A stretch of DNA of 39,673 nt from Acidimicrobiia bacterium (GTDB taxonomy: Bacteria; Actinomycetota; Acidimicrobiia; IMCC26256; JACDBD01), in contig DASUUL010000177.1 of the NCBI GenBank assembly GCA_036374115.1, positions 1-39,673 of the forward strand, written 5' to 3'. The position numbers and the translations under genes are program-made. Positions 11,285 through 21,880 of this stretch are shown piece after piece. Within the stretch, counting starts at the first letter, position 1, and every line of letters begins with the position of its first letter. Under the pieces are notes generated by a model that was given only the letters and a program-made list of their open reading frames with translations, ran no database searches and was not told where the DNA came from.

Positions 11285-11727
11285 TGGCGACGATCCTGCT
11301 CCTCTCGGGGCCGAACCTGAACCTGCTCGGTGAGCGCGAACCCGATGTCTACGGTGCCGACACCCTCGCCGACCTCGTCGCCGACGCCCGTTCCGTGGCC
11401 GAGCAGGCGGGCCACGAGCTCGAGCACCTCCAGTCGAACCACGAGGGTGAGATCGTCGACGCCATCCAGGCAGCGCGGGACCGGTGTGCCGCCGTCGTCA
11501 TCAACCCGGGTGCGTTCACGCACTACTCCTACGCCGTCGCCGACGCCCTCGCCGCCTTCGACGGCGTGAAGGTCGAGCTCCACGTCTCGAACCCGTCGGC
11601 GCGTGAGGCCTGGCGGCGCACGTCGGTGGTCGCCCCCTACGTCACCGGCACGATCGCCGGGTTCGGGCGCGCCGGCTACCGCCTCGCGCTCGAAGCGGTC
11701 GTCGGTCGCCTCGGAGACGGGGCGTGA
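11284..11727 (+). CDS. aroQ: Type II 3-dehydroquinate dehydratase
   Basis: LLLSGPNLNLLGEREPDVYG, HLQSNHEGE, INPGAFTHYSYA. The ATG shares one nt with the aroB stop (TGATG). Confidence 0.95.
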   Translation: MATILLLSGPNLNLLGEREPDVYGADTLADLVADARSVAEQAGHELEHLQSNHEGEIVDAIQAARDRCAAVVINPGAFTHYSYAVADALAAFDGVKVELHVSNPSAREAWRRTSVVAPYVTGTIAGFGRAGYRLALEAVVGRLGDGA

Positions 11728-12836
11728 GCGAGCTCGACCTGCCGGCCGTCGACGTCGCCGGCCGCATGCCGCGGCTGCGGGCCCGCTTCGCCGACGCCGC
11801 CGTTGACGCGCTGCTCGTCACCCGTCTTCCCAACATTCGCTATCTCACCGGCTTCACGGGGTCGGCGGCCTTCCTGCTCGTGCGCGGCGACGACGCCGTC
11901 TTCGTGTCCGACGGCCGCTACGCCGAGCAGGCGTCCGAGCAGCTCCGGGCGGCCGGAGTCGAAGCCGAGGTGGTGATCCGCCCCAGCCATGCGGGCCAGC
12001 GCGAGGCGCTCGCCGAGGGCGCCACCGCGATCGGCCGACTCGGCCTCGAGGCCCACGACGTCACCTGGGCCCAGCAGCGGGCGTTCGCCAACGCCTGGTT
12101 CCCCCGTGCCGAGCTGGTCGCCACCGAGCAGCTCGTCGAGGCGCTGCGGCGCGTCAAGGACGAGGGCGAGGTCGCACGGATCCGGGCGGCGTGCGCGATC
12201 GCCGACGAGGCTCTGGCCGTGGTCACACCCACGTTCGCCGACGGGCCGACCGAGCGCGACGTGGCGCTCGCGCTCGAGTTCGAGATGCGGCGCCGGGGCG
12301 CCAGCGGCGTGAGCTTCGATCCCATCGTCGCGTCCGGTCCCAACGCGGCCAAGCCCCACGCTCGACCCTCGGACCGTCGTCTCCGGCACGAGGAGCTCGT
12401 CGTGGTCGACTTCGGCTGCGTCGTCGACGGTTACTGCTCCGACATGACGCGCACCGTGAGCGTGGGCGACCCCGGCCCCGATGCCCGGCGCGTGTACGAC
12501 GTCGTGCTCGCGAGCCAGCAGGCCGGTCGCGCGGCCGTGCGCGCCGGCGCCGATTGTGCGGGGGTCGACCGTGTGTGTCGCAGTGTGATCGAGGACGCGG
12601 GGTGGGGAGACGCATTCGTGCACGGCACCGGGCACGGTGTCGGCCTCGAGATCCACGAGGCCCCGAGGGTGGCCGCGACCGCCCGTGATACGTTGGGAGC
12701 CGGCGACGTCGTCACCGTCGAGCCCGGTGTCTACCTCCGCGGCGTCGGCGGCGTGCGGATCGAAGACACCGTCGTCGTCACCGACGAGGGCGCTGACGCC
12801 CTCACCGCCTCCCCGAAGGAACTCGTCCTCCCGTGA
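11724..12836 (+). CDS. pepQ: M24-family Xaa-Pro aminopeptidase/dipeptidase
   Basis: Metal-ligand motifs [46 protein letters not shown]. The GTG overlaps the aroQ stop (GTGA). Confidence 0.9.
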   Translation: MSELDLPAVDVAGRMPRLRARFADAAVDALLVTRLPNIRYLTGFTGSAAFLLVRGDDAVFVSDGRYAEQASEQLRAAGVEAEVVIRPSHAGQREALAEGATAIGRLGLEAHDVTWAQQRAFANAWFPRAELVATEQLVEALRRVKDEGEVARIRAACAIADEALAVVTPTFADGPTERDVALALEFEMRRRGASGVSFDPIVASGPNAAKPHARPSDRRLRHEELVVVDFGCVVDGYCSDMTRTVSVGDPGPDARRVYDVVLASQQAGRAAVRAGADCAGVDRVCRSVIEDAGWGDAFVHGTGHGVGLEIHEAPRVAATARDTLGAGDVVTVEPGVYLRGVGGVRIEDTVVVTDEGADALTASPKELVLP

Positions 12837-13393
12837 GCGTGTCCACCAACGATCTCAAGAACGGGATGGCCCTGAACCTGCCCGAGGGGCTCGTCACCGT
12901 GGTCGAGTTCCAGCACGTGAAGCCGGGCAAGGGCGGCGCCTTCGTCCGCACGAAGCTCAAGAACTTCCGCAGCGGCGCGGTCGTGGAGAAGACGTTCCGT
13001 GCCGACGAGAAGGTCCCGCTCGCGGTGATCGACAAGCGCGAGATGCAGTACCTCTACCGCGAGGGCAGCGACTACGTGTTCATGGACACCGAGACCTACG
13101 ACCAGGTCCACGTCGCGTCGGGTGACCTCGGCGATTCGGTGCGCTACCTCAAGGAGGGCGACACCGCGATCCTGCCCACCTACGAGGGCCAGATCGTGGG
13201 CGTGGAGCTCCCGGCCGCGGTCGAGCTCACCGTCGCCGGGACCGAGCCGGGGATCCAGGGTGACCGCGTCTCGGGCGCCCGCAAGCCGGCGACGCTGGAG
13301 ACCGGTCTGGTCGTGCAGGTGCCGCTGTTCGTCGAGACCGGCGAGCGCGTCAAGGTCGACACCCGTACCGGGGAGTACCTCGCGCGCGCGTGA
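12833..13393 (+). CDS. efp: Elongation factor P
   Basis: [30 protein letters not shown]. 186 aa. The GTG overlaps the pepQ stop; GTG 12839 is an alternative start. Confidence 0.96.
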   Translation: MSVSTNDLKNGMALNLPEGLVTVVEFQHVKPGKGGAFVRTKLKNFRSGAVVEKTFRADEKVPLAVIDKREMQYLYREGSDYVFMDTETYDQVHVASGDLGDSVRYLKEGDTAILPTYEGQIVGVELPAAVELTVAGTEPGIQGDRVSGARKPATLETGLVVQVPLFVETGERVKVDTRTGEYLARA

Positions 13394-13408
13394 GGCGCGC
13401 CCAGGCTG

Positions 13409-13813
13409 ATGTCGACCAGACGCGAGGCCCGAGAGCGAGCTCTCAGCCTCTGCTACGAGGTCGATGTGCGCGGGCTCCCTGCCGATGTCGTCCTCGCGGA
13501 GCTGCCGTCACCGCCGGAGGAGTACGTCGTCACGCTCGTGCGGGGTGTCGACGAGCACCGTGACGAGGTCGACGCGGTGCTGCGCAAGTACTCCGAGCAC
13601 TGGGCGCTCGAGCGGATGCCACTCGTCGACCGGGCCATCCTCCGCATCGGCTGCTACGAGCTCGGATGGGAGCGCGAACTACCCACCGGTGTCGTCATCA
13701 GCGAAGCCGTCGAGCTCGCCAAGCAGTACTCCACCAAGGATTCGGGTCGCTTCGTCAACGGCATGCTCGGTCGCATCGCCGAGGACCTGAGGGCGCCCGA
13801 GTCGACACCATGA
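13409..13813 (+). CDS. nusB: Transcription antitermination factor NusB
   Basis: 134 aa. [14 protein letters not shown]..., [38 protein letters not shown]. Confidence 0.93.
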   Translation: MSTRREARERALSLCYEVDVRGLPADVVLAELPSPPEEYVVTLVRGVDEHRDEVDAVLRKYSEHWALERMPLVDRAILRIGCYELGWERELPTGVVISEAVELAKQYSTKDSGRFVNGMLGRIAEDLRAPESTP

Positions 13814-14133
13814 GCCGGCCGCGGCTCGCCACCGCGCCGGTGGAGGTCGAGCCGGTCGAGACGGTCGGCGAGCCGGAGCAGGAAGAAGCCGTCGACACGG
13901 ATCGCCCCTGGCTCGTCATCGTGTGGAACGACCCGGTGAACCTCATGTCGTACGTCGTCTTCGTGCTCCAGAAGCTCTTCGGCTACTCGCGCAAGAAGGC
14001 CACTCGGCTCATGCTGCAGGTCCACCACGAGGGGAAGGCGGTGGTGTCCGACGGCACCCGGGAGAAGGCCGAGGCCGACGTCGCCCGCCTCCATGCCCAC
14101 GGTCTGTGGGCCACCATGGAGCACCCGTCGTGA
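13810..14133 (+). CDS. clpS: ATP-dependent Clp protease adaptor ClpS
   Basis: The ATG overlaps the nusB stop (ATGA at 13810-13813). Core [27 protein letters not shown]...VHHEGKAVV. Confidence 0.9.
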   Translation: MSRPRLATAPVEVEPVETVGEPEQEEAVDTDRPWLVIVWNDPVNLMSYVVFVLQKLFGYSRKKATRLMLQVHHEGKAVVSDGTREKAEADVARLHAHGLWATMEHPS

Positions 14134-14140
14134 GCCGGCG

Positions 14141-14644
14141 ATGAGTCCGCGGCGGTTCAAGTCGCAGGGTGAGGGCCTGCTCGTCACGCTCACCGCTCCC
14201 GAGGTGGATCTCCTCCGCAGCATCCCGGACGAGTTGCGTCCGGTGCTCGGGGCCGGTCGCGATCCCGACGACCCGGTGCGGGAGCGGCTTTTCCCCCGCG
14301 CCTACCTCGACCCCACCGAGGACCTCGCCGAGCAGGAGTGGCAGGACCTCGTGCACCCCGAGCTCATCCGTGAGCGACTGGCAGCGCTCGAACGGCTCGT
14401 GGCCACGCTCGACCGCGCCACCGAGCGCAAGGGGCGCTTCGAGGTCGAGATCGACGCCGACGAGGCCCAGGCCTGGTTGGGTGCCCTCAACGACGCCCGG
14501 CTCGCGCTCGGGACGCGACTCGGCGTCACCGAGGACCTCGACGCGACCGCCGTCGACGCCGACCATCCGGACGCCGCCGCGTTCGCGGTGTACGGGTGGC
14601 TCACCTGGGTCCAGGGCGACCTGGTCGAGACCCTGCTGGGCTAG
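14141..14644 (+). CDS. Conserved hypothetical protein, acidic, probably the DUF2017-type ClpS-neighbour family
   Basis: The ATG lies 7 nt after the clpS stop. 167 aa with coding-type GC3. The family name comes from my memory of actinobacterial clpS neighbourhoods and is not verified. Confidence 0.65.
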   Translation: MSPRRFKSQGEGLLVTLTAPEVDLLRSIPDELRPVLGAGRDPDDPVRERLFPRAYLDPTEDLAEQEWQDLVHPELIRERLAALERLVATLDRATERKGRFEVEIDADEAQAWLGALNDARLALGTRLGVTEDLDATAVDADHPDAAAFAVYGWLTWVQGDLVETLLG

Positions 14645-14716
14645 ACCGCGAGCGGCCGGGCGGCCCCGGGACCTTCGCCTCTGGCGCCCGGTCGGGCCCC
14701 GGCGCACGCTCGGGCC

Positions 14717-16147
14717 ATGGGGGAGGTGTACGAGCGACTGAGCGCACTCGAGGCGTCGTACCTGGCGACGGAGTCGCCGGAGGCGCCGTTGCACGTGGGC
14801 TCGCTGGTGTTCTTCGACGGGGCAGCGTTCGTCGACGCAGACGGCCGGTTCCGGCTCGCGGAGGTGCGGGCGCACGTGGCCGGCCGGCTCGATCGCATCC
14901 CCGGGTTCCGTCGCCGGCTCATGAACGTGCCACTGGGCCGCCCCGTCTGGGTCGACGATCCCTCCTTCGACATCCGCCACCACGTGCGCCACCGGCAGCT
15001 GCGCCCGCCGGGAACGTTCGATCAGCTCGTCGCCCTGACGGTCCGCCTCCAGATGCAGCCGCTCGAGCGCGACCGCCCACTCTGGGAGCTGTGGTTCGTG
15101 AGCGGTCTCGCGGACGGCCGGGTCGCGGTGGTCGAGAAGATCCACCATGCTCTCGTCGACGGCGTCTCCGGGGTCGACGTCGCGGCCGCCATCGTCGATC
15201 TCTCTCCCGAGGTCGCCCCGGCGGAGCCGCCGGTCTGGACGCCGCGCCCGGCGCCGTCACCGGCGTCCGTGCTCGCAGCCCAGGCGGCCTCGGGCCTGGT
15301 CGGGACCGCGCGGACCTTGGGGTCGGTGGTCCGCCACCCGGCGCGGACGGCGGCGAAGGTCGCGACCCTGGCCGACGCCGTCCGCACGCTGGCCCGGCCG
15401 GACACGATCGCGCCGGGGAGCTCGCTCAACGCGCGCCGGCTGGGCCGGCGCCGGTCGCTCGAGCTCGTCGACGTCTCCCTCGCCGACGTGCAGGCGATCC
15501 GGCACGCGCTCGGCGGCACGGTCAACGACGTGGTGCTGGCCGCCGTCACCGGTGGACTCCGGCGGCTGCTCCAGCACCGCGGCGACGACGTCGACGGCCG
15601 GGCGCTGCGGGCGCTCGTCCCCGTCTCGATCCGGTCCGACGACGAGCACTTCCGGCTCGGCAACCGGGTCGCGGCCATGTTCGCACCGCTCCCGGTCGGC
15701 GACGGCGACACCGTCGACCGCCTGCGTACGATCCGTACCGCGACCCGTGAGGTCAAGGACCACCACCAGTCGGCGGCGACGAAGCTCTTCCTCCAGGCCG
15801 CCGATCACACGCCCGCGGTGATGCTCGGCCCCCTCAGCCGCTTCGGCGTCGAGCACCAGCCGTTCATCAACGTGATCGTGACCAACGTTCCCGGGCTCCA
15901 GCGACCCGTGTACCTGATGGGTGCGGCGATGCTCGAGGCCTATCCGATCGTGCCGCTCGCCGGGAGCCTCGTCGTCAGCATCGGGGTGGTCTCGTACAAC
16001 GGGCAGCTCGGACTGGGGCTCTACGGCGATGCCGACGCCTGCCCCGACCTCGACGTGCTTGCCCGCGGTATCGAGCACGAGTTCCGGGTGCTCGTGCAGG
16101 CGGCACGGCTGGAGAACGGCTCGGCCGACGCGGCGTCGTCAGCCTGA
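14717..16147 (+). CDS. Wax ester synthase / diacylglycerol O-acyltransferase (WS/DGAT)
   Basis: 476 aa. Catalytic HHALVDGVSG motif, N-terminal LSALEASYL, and a C-terminal region typical of the WS/DGAT family. Confidence 0.9.
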   Translation: MGEVYERLSALEASYLATESPEAPLHVGSLVFFDGAAFVDADGRFRLAEVRAHVAGRLDRIPGFRRRLMNVPLGRPVWVDDPSFDIRHHVRHRQLRPPGTFDQLVALTVRLQMQPLERDRPLWELWFVSGLADGRVAVVEKIHHALVDGVSGVDVAAAIVDLSPEVAPAEPPVWTPRPAPSPASVLAAQAASGLVGTARTLGSVVRHPARTAAKVATLADAVRTLARPDTIAPGSSLNARRLGRRRSLELVDVSLADVQAIRHALGGTVNDVVLAAVTGGLRRLLQHRGDDVDGRALRALVPVSIRSDDEHFRLGNRVAAMFAPLPVGDGDTVDRLRTIRTATREVKDHHQSAATKLFLQAADHTPAVMLGPLSRFGVEHQPFINVIVTNVPGLQRPVYLMGAAMLEAYPIVPLAGSLVVSIGVVSYNGQLGLGLYGDADACPDLDVLARGIEHEFRVLVQAARLENGSADAASSA

Positions 16148-16792
16148 GCGGGCGTCGAAGCCGACGAACTCGAACACGCGGACGCCCGCCCGCAGCGGCG
16201 GCGGGGAGATGCGCAAGCGATGGACGCCGACTCCGAAGAACGCATCGCCGGGCGCGTCGAACGCGATCTCGTCGAAGCCGCACTCGTCGAACCAGCCGCG
16301 GATGGTCAGCGTGAGGTCCGGCGGATTGCGATGCCGGGTCCAGACGACGGTCGCAGCCGGCGCGCAGAGCTGAGGTAGGAACGCGATCGTGCCGCGTACG
16401 TCGGCGTCGGCGACGTTGCCGAAGACGCCGCACGCCAGCACGACGTCGGCGGGGACGGCGCCGGCGTACGCGTCGGAGCGGGAGGCGTCGCCGGTGACGA
16501 CCTCCACGCCGTCGAGCCCCGCGGCCCTCGCCGCCTGTCGGGCGCGGTCGGCGTTTCGCTCGTCGAGCTCGACGAGGCGCGCGACGACGTCGTCGCGGCG
16601 AGGATGGCCGTCGAGCACGCCCAGCAGATCTCGCCCTTGACCGGCGCAGATGCTCACCACTCGCACGCGCCCGGGCGGCACGGCGGCGAGCGCACCGCGG
16701 AGGTGATGCTGAACCGCCTGGAGCCGACGGTGCAGGGGGGAACCTGCGTCGTCGTAGGGCTCGTGCCAGGCGACCCAATCGTGGTCGGTCAC
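16139..16792 (-). CDS. Class I SAM-dependent methyltransferase
   Basis: 217 aa. Motif I VVSICAGQGRDL, acidic post-I VELDE. GTG start at 16790-16792. The 3' end overlaps the WS/DGAT 3' end by 9 nt. Confidence 0.8.
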   Translation of the reverse strand: MTDHDWVAWHEPYDDAGSPLHRRLQAVQHHLRGALAAVPPGRVRVVSICAGQGRDLLGVLDGHPRRDDVVARLVELDERNADRARQAARAAGLDGVEVVTGDASRSDAYAGAVPADVVLACGVFGNVADADVRGTIAFLPQLCAPAATVVWTRHRNPPDLTLTIRGWFDECGFDEIAFDAPGDAFFGVGVHRLRISPPPLRAGVRVFEFVGFDARSG

Positions 16793-16837
16793 GGCGCCGA
16801 CGTCTGCGCAGGCATCGGTGTCATTCCTCGAGGTCCG

Positions 16838-17299
16838 TCACGGAGACCGATGCGGCGTTTCCTCGGTGGGTCTCGGCTCGACGATGACGAGCGGGATGTC
16901 ACGTTCGGTGCGCGTCTGGTACTGGGCGTAGCCGCGGTAGGCCTCGACCACGCGGGGCCAGAGCTCCACCTTCTCGCCGGCGGTCGCCACGCGTGCTCGC
17001 ATCGGACGGACCCTGCCCTGCATCGTCACGTCGACGTCGGGGTTGTCCCGGAGATTGAGGAACCAGGCCGGATGGTGGTCCCTGCCGCCGTACGACGCCA
17101 CGAGCACGAGCGTGTCGCCGTCCTGGACCGGCGACGTCAGCATCGTCGAGCGCCGGGCGCCGCTCCTGCGGCCGACGGTCGTGAGCTCGAGCACGGGCAT
17201 GCCGAAGCCCGAGCTCCCGATCCGACCGTTGGTGGCGCGGAACACGAGGCGATGGAACGCCGTGAAGGCCCGGATGGCGAGCACCCTCGGTTCGGGCAC
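16838..17299 (-). CDS. Deazaflavin (F420)-dependent nitroreductase-family oxidoreductase (FDOR-A / Ddn-like)
   Basis: 153 aa. LTTVGRRSGARR, LVASYGGRDHHPAWFLNLRDNPDV, ELWPRVVEAYRGYAQYQTRTERDIPLV are typical of this family. Confidence 0.82.
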   Translation of the reverse strand: MPEPRVLAIRAFTAFHRLVFRATNGRIGSSGFGMPVLELTTVGRRSGARRSTMLTSPVQDGDTLVLVASYGGRDHHPAWFLNLRDNPDVDVTMQGRVRPMRARVATAGEKVELWPRVVEAYRGYAQYQTRTERDIPLVIVEPRPTEETPHRSP

Positions 17300-17305
17300 G
17301 CCCGG

Positions 17306-17311
17306 ACGCTA
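17306..17311 (-). promoter_or_regulatory. Candidate -10 hexamer (TAGCGT on the minus strand) for a leaderless FDOR transcript
   Basis: The reverse complement of 17306-17311 is TAGCGT (TANNNT), 6 nt upstream of the GTG start (17297-17299). No SD in between. Confidence 0.35.
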
Positions 17312-17340
17312 CTTCGTCGTCGTGCAGCGCGTAACGCGCG

Positions 17341-18000
17341 TCACGGTTCACCTCGCTCGCTGCCGGGACTGCACATGACGTAGATGCGTTCGCTCGGGTA
17401 CTCGAAGCGGTAAGGGGGGCGCGTCGAGCACGACTCGATCGCGAAGCCCGCGGTGGCGAGTCCCGCGAGCAACTCGTCGGTCTGGAACAAGGTTGCGGCG
17501 ATCTTGACGGGCCGGCCGTACCAGCTGTCGCGGTGCACCTCTCCGTGGCCGGCGTGCACCGCGAGCAGGAGCCGGCCGTCGGCCCGCAGCGCTCCCCGCA
17601 GCTCGGCCAGCGCCTGGGGGACCAGGCCGCGCGGGAGATGGATGAGCGAGTACACCGCGGCGATGCCGGCCAGGGTGCTCGATGCGACCGGGAGCGACAG
17701 CATGTCGGCGACGGCGAACGGGATCGCGGGCTGGCGCAGCCGGCCGATGGCCGCCATCCGGGCGGAGATGTCCACCCCGCCGACGTCGACTCCCCGGGCG
17801 GCCAGGAACGCGGCGACGTGTCCCGGTCCGCAGCCGACGTCGAGGACGAGACCGCGACCCGCGGTCGCCGCCGCGAACTCGGTGAGAAGGTCGCGGTCGA
17901 ACGGCTTGCGGTCGAGCTCGGCGGCGAACTCCTCGGTGTAGCCGGAGGCGGCCCGGTCGTATCCGGCAGCGATGTCGCGTCGCGTCGGGAAGTCTCCCAC
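17341..18000 (-). CDS. Class I SAM-dependent methyltransferase
   Basis: 219 aa. Motif I VLDVGCGPGHVA, GVDIS, LLLAVH. GTG start at 17998-18000. Confidence 0.85.
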   Translation of the reverse strand: MGDFPTRRDIAAGYDRAASGYTEEFAAELDRKPFDRDLLTEFAAATAGRGLVLDVGCGPGHVAAFLAARGVDVGGVDISARMAAIGRLRQPAIPFAVADMLSLPVASSTLAGIAAVYSLIHLPRGLVPQALAELRGALRADGRLLLAVHAGHGEVHRDSWYGRPVKIAATLFQTDELLAGLATAGFAIESCSTRPPYRFEYPSERIYVMCSPGSERGEP

Positions 18001-18069
18001 GCGCAGATGGTCGTCGATCGGCCGCGGCGCGCGTGACGAATTCCCGCCGCCGGCCGAGCGGCGTGTCGT

Positions 18070-18075
18070 TACGCT
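18070..18075 (+). promoter_or_regulatory. Candidate -10 hexamer (TACGCT) for a leaderless tesB transcript
   Basis: A TANNNT hexamer lies 7 nt upstream of GTG 18083, with no SD between them. Confidence 0.4.
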
Positions 18076-18082
18076 GCCGATC

Positions 18083-18916
18083 GTGGGCGACTGGGACGAG
18101 GAGCAGCTCGATCAGGCACGGGAGCTCGCCGAGGTCATCACCGTCGCGTCGCTCGACGCCGACCGCTTCCGCGGTGCGACGCCCGACTGGTTCGGCCAAG
18201 ACCGGATCTTCGGCGGCGTCGTCGTCGCCCAGGCGCTCAATGCCGCCATCCGGACCGTCCCCCACGGGCCACCGCCGCACTCGCTCCACGGCTACTTCCT
18301 GCGGGCCGCCCGGCCCGGCCCTCCGGTCGAGATCGGGGTCGAGCACGTGCGGGAGGGCCGGTCGTTCACGACCCGTCAGGTCGCGATGTCGCAGGGCGAG
18401 CGCCTCCTGTTCACCGCCACCTGCTCCTTCCACGGTCCCGAGCGAGGCCACGAGTACGAGCTCCCGGCGCCGGTGGTGCCTCCACCCGAGGACGTCGAGC
18501 CGGAACCGTTGGCACAGGGGCCCTTCGACGTGCGTGACGCCGGCCCGACGCGTATCCGCCCCGACGGGACGTACGCGTCGACCCGGCGGATGTGGGTCCG
18601 CTGTGCTCCGGCGCTGCCCCCCGAGCAGGCACTCCACACGTGCGTCGCCGCGTATCTGTCGGACATGACCGGCACCGCGTTTCGGCCCTTGAACCTCGGG
18701 GAGTGGGGCACCCACACCGACGCGAGCCTCGACCATGCCGTCTGGTTCCACCGTCCGGCGCGGGCCGACGAGTGGCTCTTCTACGACCTGCACGCGCTGG
18801 TGAACACCGCCGGGCGCAGCCTCGTACGCGGCACCATGTACCAGCACGGCCGGCTCTGCCTGTCGATGGCACAGGAGCTGCTCATCCGGCCGCTGGCACC
18901 CGAGGAAGGCGATTGA
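18083..18916 (+). CDS. tesB: Acyl-CoA thioesterase II (double hot-dog, TesB-like)
   Basis: FGGVVVAQALNAA, HSLHGYFLR, REGRSFTTRQV, DHAVWFHR. GTG 18083 is preferred. ATG 17972 would overlap the divergent methyltransferase start. Confidence 0.85.
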   Translation: MGDWDEEQLDQARELAEVITVASLDADRFRGATPDWFGQDRIFGGVVVAQALNAAIRTVPHGPPPHSLHGYFLRAARPGPPVEIGVEHVREGRSFTTRQVAMSQGERLLFTATCSFHGPERGHEYELPAPVVPPPEDVEPEPLAQGPFDVRDAGPTRIRPDGTYASTRRMWVRCAPALPPEQALHTCVAAYLSDMTGTAFRPLNLGEWGTHTDASLDHAVWFHRPARADEWLFYDLHALVNTAGRSLVRGTMYQHGRLCLSMAQELLIRPLAPEEGD

Positions 18917-20563
<1,647 letters not shown>

Positions 20564-20571
<8 letters not shown>

Positions 20572-21880
20572 GTCCCGCGACGAGCGCGACGAGGTGCTGA
20601 TCACGGGCGGGCGCGTGGTCGACGCCACGGGGGAGCGCGCCGCCGACGTGCGCATCCGCGACGGCTTCGTGGCCGAGGTCGGCGCCGACCTCGACGCCGG
20701 CCCGGACGCCGTGGTGCTCGACGCCGCCGGCTGCGTGGTCGCTCCCGGTCTCGTCGACCTGCACGTGCACCTACGGGAGCCGGGAAACGAGGAAGCCGAG
20801 ACCATCGAGAGCGGGACTCGCGCCGCCGCGCTCGGGGGCTTCACCGCGGTGGTGGCGATGCCCAACACCGAACCGCCGCTCGACGAGGCCGCCGTCGTGG
20901 CCTCGGTCCTCGCGGCCGGCGCGCGCGCCACGTGCGACGTCGCCGTTGCCGGCTGCATCACGAAGGGGCGCGCCGGGATCGAGCTGGCCCCGATGGGGGA
21001 GCTTCATGCGCTGGGTGTGCGCATCTTCACCGACGACGGCAGCTGCGTCGCGTCGGCGGCGGTGATGCGGCGGGCGCTCGAGTACGCACGTTCGCTGCCG
21101 GGCGCGGTGCTCGCCCAGCACGCCGAAGACCCGACGCTCGCCGGCGGCGGACACATGCACGAGGGGGCGTGGTCCAGCCGGCTCGGGATCCCGGGGCGGC
21201 CTGCGGCGGCGGAATCGATCATCGTGGCGCGTGACGTCGCGCTGGCGGAGCTCACCGGAGCGCCGATCCACGTGCTCCACCTGTCGACCGGGGCCGCGGT
21301 CGCGCTGGTTCGCGACGCCAAGGCCCGGGGGCTGGCGGTCACAGCCGAGGCCGCGCCACACCACTTCACGCTCACGGACGCCGAGTGCGCCGGCTTCGAC
21401 CCTCTGTACAAGGTGCACCCGCCCCTGCGGACCGATGCCGACATCGAGGCGATCAAGCAGGGCCTCGCCGACGGCACCATCGATGCCATCGCCACCGACC
21501 ACGCGCCCCACGCGCCCGAGGCCAAGGAACGCCCGTTCGAGGAGGCGCCGCCCGGGATGCTCGGCCTCGAGACCGCCCTCGCGCTCACGCTCAGCGAGCT
21601 GGTCGCACCGGGCACCATCACGCTGGCGCAGGCGTTCGCGTTGCTCTCGTGGCAGCCGGCCGCGATCGCCGGTTTGGGCGAGCACGGCGGCCCGATCGCG
21701 CCCGGCCGCCCTGCGAACGTCTGCGTCGTCGACCTCGACGCCGCCTGGGAGGTCGATCCCGCGCGCCTCGCGAGCAGGTCGCGCAACACCCCGTACGCCG
21801 GCCGCAAGCTCGAAGGTCGGGTCCGTCACACGGTGCTCCGGGGCGAGCCGGTCGTCGTCGACGGGATGGTGCAGCGGTGA
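20564..21880 (+). CDS. pyrC: Dihydroorotase (type I)
   Basis: [10 protein letters not shown] (HxH), ATDHAPH. TTG 20564 follows GGAGG (20554-20558); GTG 20594 is an alternative start. Confidence 0.93.

Noticed and set aside
14645-14716. Possible GC hairpin terminator after the DUF2017-like gene
   Set aside because: I could only draw 5-bp imperfect stems and there is no U-tract, so it is not supportable by eye.
17327-17340. Near-palindrome gcgcgt-a-acgcgc between the two minus-strand genes
   Set aside because: It has 6-bp arms only, is GC-rich, and has no partner site. This is insufficient to call an operator or terminator.
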